Positions 36,010 to 38,348 of a DNA stretch of 38,348 bases are shown here, piece after piece. Below the pieces are notes generated by a model, which saw nothing but the letters and a program-made list of their open reading frames with translations, was not told the origin of the DNA and ran no database searches. Made by a program: the position numbers and the translations under genes. Positions within the stretch are counted from its first letter, which is position 1; every line of letters starts with the position of its first letter. Source of the DNA: a virus (lineage: Duplodnaviria; Caudoviricetes); the IMG/VR virus record IMGVR_UViG_3300048599_000736, positions 1-38,348 of that record. One strand, written 5' to 3'.

Positions 36010-36423
36010 ATGGCATCTGATATGAGCGTCTATCTCGGCAACAAGGTCTGCCGCTGGCTTGCCGGCAATGCAATGCCGGCGGCGCCCGCCGCCTGCTACG
36101 TCGGGCTATTCAACGGCAATCCGAAAGCGAGCGGGACCGAGGTCACCGCGACCATCCGCGCCGCCGGCCGCCTCGCGATTACCTTCGACGCGATCGCCGA
36201 CGATGGTGTCGACAACGAAGTCACGAATTCAGCCGATGTCGATTTCGGCGAGGCGGCTGGCGATGTCGCCAACCTGGACTATGTCGGCATCTTCGACGCC
36301 GCATCGGGCGGCAACCTGCTGTTCGGCAAGGCCCTGCCGGGCGGACCCTTTGCGGTCGCTACCGGCACGCCCATCAAGTTCCTGACCGGCGACCTGACTT
36401 TTACCATCGGCGCCGCGAGCTAG
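36010..36423 (+). CDS. Small phage tail/head fibre subunit
   Basis: MSVYLGNK...YVGLFNGNP...TNSADVDF...VGIFDAASGGNLL; GGAG RBS. Confidence 0.75.
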   Translation: MASDMSVYLGNKVCRWLAGNAMPAAPAACYVGLFNGNPKASGTEVTATIRAAGRLAITFDAIADDGVDNEVTNSADVDFGEAAGDVANLDYVGIFDAASGGNLLFGKALPGGPFAVATGTPIKFLTGDLTFTIGAAS

Positions 36424-36618
36424 TCGCAAGCGCGGATCAAACCGCGCCCTTCCCCTAAATCCCAAAACTGACGGCTCGGCTGTCGGCGCGCGCCGCGCGC
36501 CGCACACGCACATGCGCGTCTTTAAGGCGAGCCGATCTCGGAATGACGGCGCGCAGGTCGGCTCGCCGCCGCCTGATCCGGTATCGGCCGACAAATCCGT
36601 AAATACAGCGAGGACTTG

Positions 36619-37440
36619 ATGCACTGGACCTATGCGCCCGCGATGGAGCAAGGCGTGTTTCCGCACGAAGGCGGATACACCAACGACCCGCGCGATCCCG
36701 GTGGCCCGACCAATTGGGGCATCACCATCTATGACGCGCGCAAATACTGGAAATCGAACGCCACCGCCGCCGATGTGAAGGCAATGCCCAAATCGGTCGC
36801 CGAGGCGATCTACTGGCCGCACTACGCGGTTCCGCTCTGCTACGACGACCTCCCCGCCGGTCCAGATTACGCGGCCCTCGATTACGGCATCAATTCCGGC
36901 GTCAGCCGCGCCGCCAAAGTCGTGCAGCGCCTCGTCGGCATGAACAATGTCGACGGCAACATTGGCCCGGCAACGCTTGCCGCCATCGGTCGGCGCGACC
37001 CCGAGGCGCTCGTCAACGCGATCTGTGACGAGCGCATGGCATTCCTGCGCTCGCTCAAGACATTCTCGGCGTTCGGCAATGGCTGGTCGCGACGCGTGAG
37101 CGAGGTTCGAGCGCTGGCGCTGCATTTTGCCGATCAGGCAAAGCACATGGCGCCGCAGGTTACGCCGACGCAGACCGACGAGACGATGGCAAAGGGCGTT
37201 ATCCCGCCGCCGACGGCGGCAAAGAAGGTCATCCAGGTTGGCGGCGGCGGCGCGGCGGCAGGCACGGCCGGCGGCTTCCACGAATGGGTCGTCGCGCATC
37301 CGATCGAAACTGGCGGGCTGGCGCTCGGCGTCATCGTGATGATCGGCGGCACCATCTACGCGATCAATCGAAACTACCAGGAGCGGCAGGATGCGCCGAC
37401 ACCAGGCATCGCGGTGGTGCCCGAAAAAGCCGCAGCCTGA
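36619..37440 (+). CDS. Endolysin, glycoside hydrolase family 108, with PG-binding domain and C-terminal TM helix
   Basis: HEGGYTNDPRDPGGPTNWGIT, DYGINSG, DGNIGPATL, FGNGWSRRV; hydrophobic GGLALGVIVMIGGTIYAI. Confidence 0.92.
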   Translation: MHWTYAPAMEQGVFPHEGGYTNDPRDPGGPTNWGITIYDARKYWKSNATAADVKAMPKSVAEAIYWPHYAVPLCYDDLPAGPDYAALDYGINSGVSRAAKVVQRLVGMNNVDGNIGPATLAAIGRRDPEALVNAICDERMAFLRSLKTFSAFGNGWSRRVSEVRALALHFADQAKHMAPQVTPTQTDETMAKGVIPPPTAAKKVIQVGGGGAAAGTAGGFHEWVVAHPIETGGLALGVIVMIGGTIYAINRNYQERQDAPTPGIAVVPEKAAA

Positions 37441-37469
37441 AATTTTTTCACGCAAAAACGGAGTCAGTC

Positions 37470-37841
37470 ATGAACCTGCTTTTATGGTGCGCGCTGGTCG
37501 TGTTTCTGGCGTGGGCCTACATCTTCTTCGGCCGCCCCCTGCTGATGAAACGTTTCCGCACGCTTTGGGGCTATATCGACCCGGTAGAGCGCTGGCTGGT
37601 CGACCACTCGCGCACGCTCATCATCGCGCGCCTTTATTGGGTCGGCGGCATTGTCATCGCCATTCATGACACGCTGGCGTCCTACGGCATGGATTGGACG
37701 CCGCTGGTCAACGAGGTCACCAACCTGATCCCGCAGCAATACCGGGCGTTGGCGCTGGCGGGATTCCTCGCGGTGACTGGCGTCGCCTTCGAATGGCTGC
37801 GCCGCGTTACGCGCGAAAGCCTGGCCGACAAGAAGGGCTGA
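37470..37841 (+). CDS. Putative holin / membrane protein
   Basis: About three hydrophobic segments, basic C-terminus LRRVTR, GGAG RBS, follows the lysin. Confidence 0.6.
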   Translation: MNLLLWCALVVFLAWAYIFFGRPLLMKRFRTLWGYIDPVERWLVDHSRTLIIARLYWVGGIVIAIHDTLASYGMDWTPLVNEVTNLIPQQYRALALAGFLAVTGVAFEWLRRVTRESLADKKG

Positions 37842-37844
37842 CCG

Positions 37845-38348
37845 ATGTTCGAATGGCTCGCATCGGCCGCCGCGTCGGCGGTGTTCAAGCTGTTCGGCGA
37901 CAATATCGTCCAGCCGCTCTTGAATGCCTATCTAAAGTCCAAGGACGTCGACCTCGAAAAGTTCAGAACCGCCAACGTCTCGACCGAACACCTGGCGGTC
38001 GCGGTGCTGGACGCCAATGTCCGGTTCGCGCAGGTCAAGTCGCAATATGCGCTTGCCGTGCTGCAATGGTGGTCGTTCCGCGTCATCCTTTGGGTTATCC
38101 TCGCCATCGCTGCCACACGCTTTTGCCTCATCATGATCGACTCGACATGGTGGTGGATCTTCGGCTGCTCGATCAATGGCCGGCATGTTGTAGGCGACGC
38201 TTGCTCCTGGAGCATCCCGGCGATTCATGGCACCTACGGCGCGGCCGAGTTTGAGTACATCCTGTTCTTCGTGATCGCCAAGCCGGTCGATACCGCGATC
38301 TCGGGCGCGCTGGGCTTGGTGAGCCGCTACCTGGAGCAAAGCCGATGA
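37845..38348 (+). CDS. Putative holin-like membrane protein
   Basis: Amphipathic N-terminus and two TM segments (VILWVILAIAA; YILFFVIA), in the lysis cassette. Confidence 0.55.
   Translation: MFEWLASAAASAVFKLFGDNIVQPLLNAYLKSKDVDLEKFRTANVSTEHLAVAVLDANVRFAQVKSQYALAVLQWWSFRVILWVILAIAATRFCLIMIDSTWWWIFGCSINGRHVVGDACSWSIPAIHGTYGAAEFEYILFFVIAKPVDTAISGALGLVSRYLEQSR

Larger units (their letters stand above)
1..38348. mobile_element. Temperate siphovirus-type prophage with serine integrase and lambda-like head module (alphaproteobacterial)
   Basis: Continuous integrase, regulation, replication, packaging, head, tail and lysis modules with tight ATGA/TGATG gene overlaps. No obvious broken genes. Ends and att sites lie outside the window. 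Confidence 0.95.

Noticed and set aside
1-38348. Gene transfer agent or satellite
   Set aside because: It has its own integrase, replication genes, cos site and complete head, tail and lysis modules, consistent with an autonomous temperate phage.

Overview
The window is a near-complete, apparently intact temperate phage (prophage) of a high-GC alphaproteobacterium, cut at gene ends; no att sites are visible. Left to right it holds: a leftward excision operon (large serine recombinase, DUF2924, small conserved protein); a rightward regulatory block (unknown ~414-aa protein, Zn-ribbon/winged-helix protein, sigma-70/ECF-like factor); a recombination/replication operon (AAA_24/Sak4-like ATPase, SSB-like protein, DUF6511, PD-(D/E)XK nuclease, Dda/RecD-like helicase, TOPRIM primase-helicase with an iteron array in its 3' end); a DUF6362 late regulator; a lambda-like cos site; a ParB-MTase; lambda-type head genes (TerS, GpA TerL, gpW, portal, S49 protease with nested scaffold, decoration protein, capsid E); a siphovirus tail with a -1 frameshift chaperone, tape measure and modular fibre genes; and a GH108 lysis cassette. 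The most notable signal is regulatory. No CI/Cro pair is recognisable. Instead a perfect alphaproteobacterial LexA box (GAAC-N7-GAAC) precedes the regulatory block, four 11-bp-phased CCCAC repeats precede the sigma gene, and one bipartite motif, G(A/G)GACGG-N14-G(A/G/T)GTAG, occurs exactly upstream of the excision, replication and late operons. This suggests a repressor-less, host-SOS-triggered activator -> phage sigma -> regulon cascade. Family names come from recognised motifs and synteny, not database searches.
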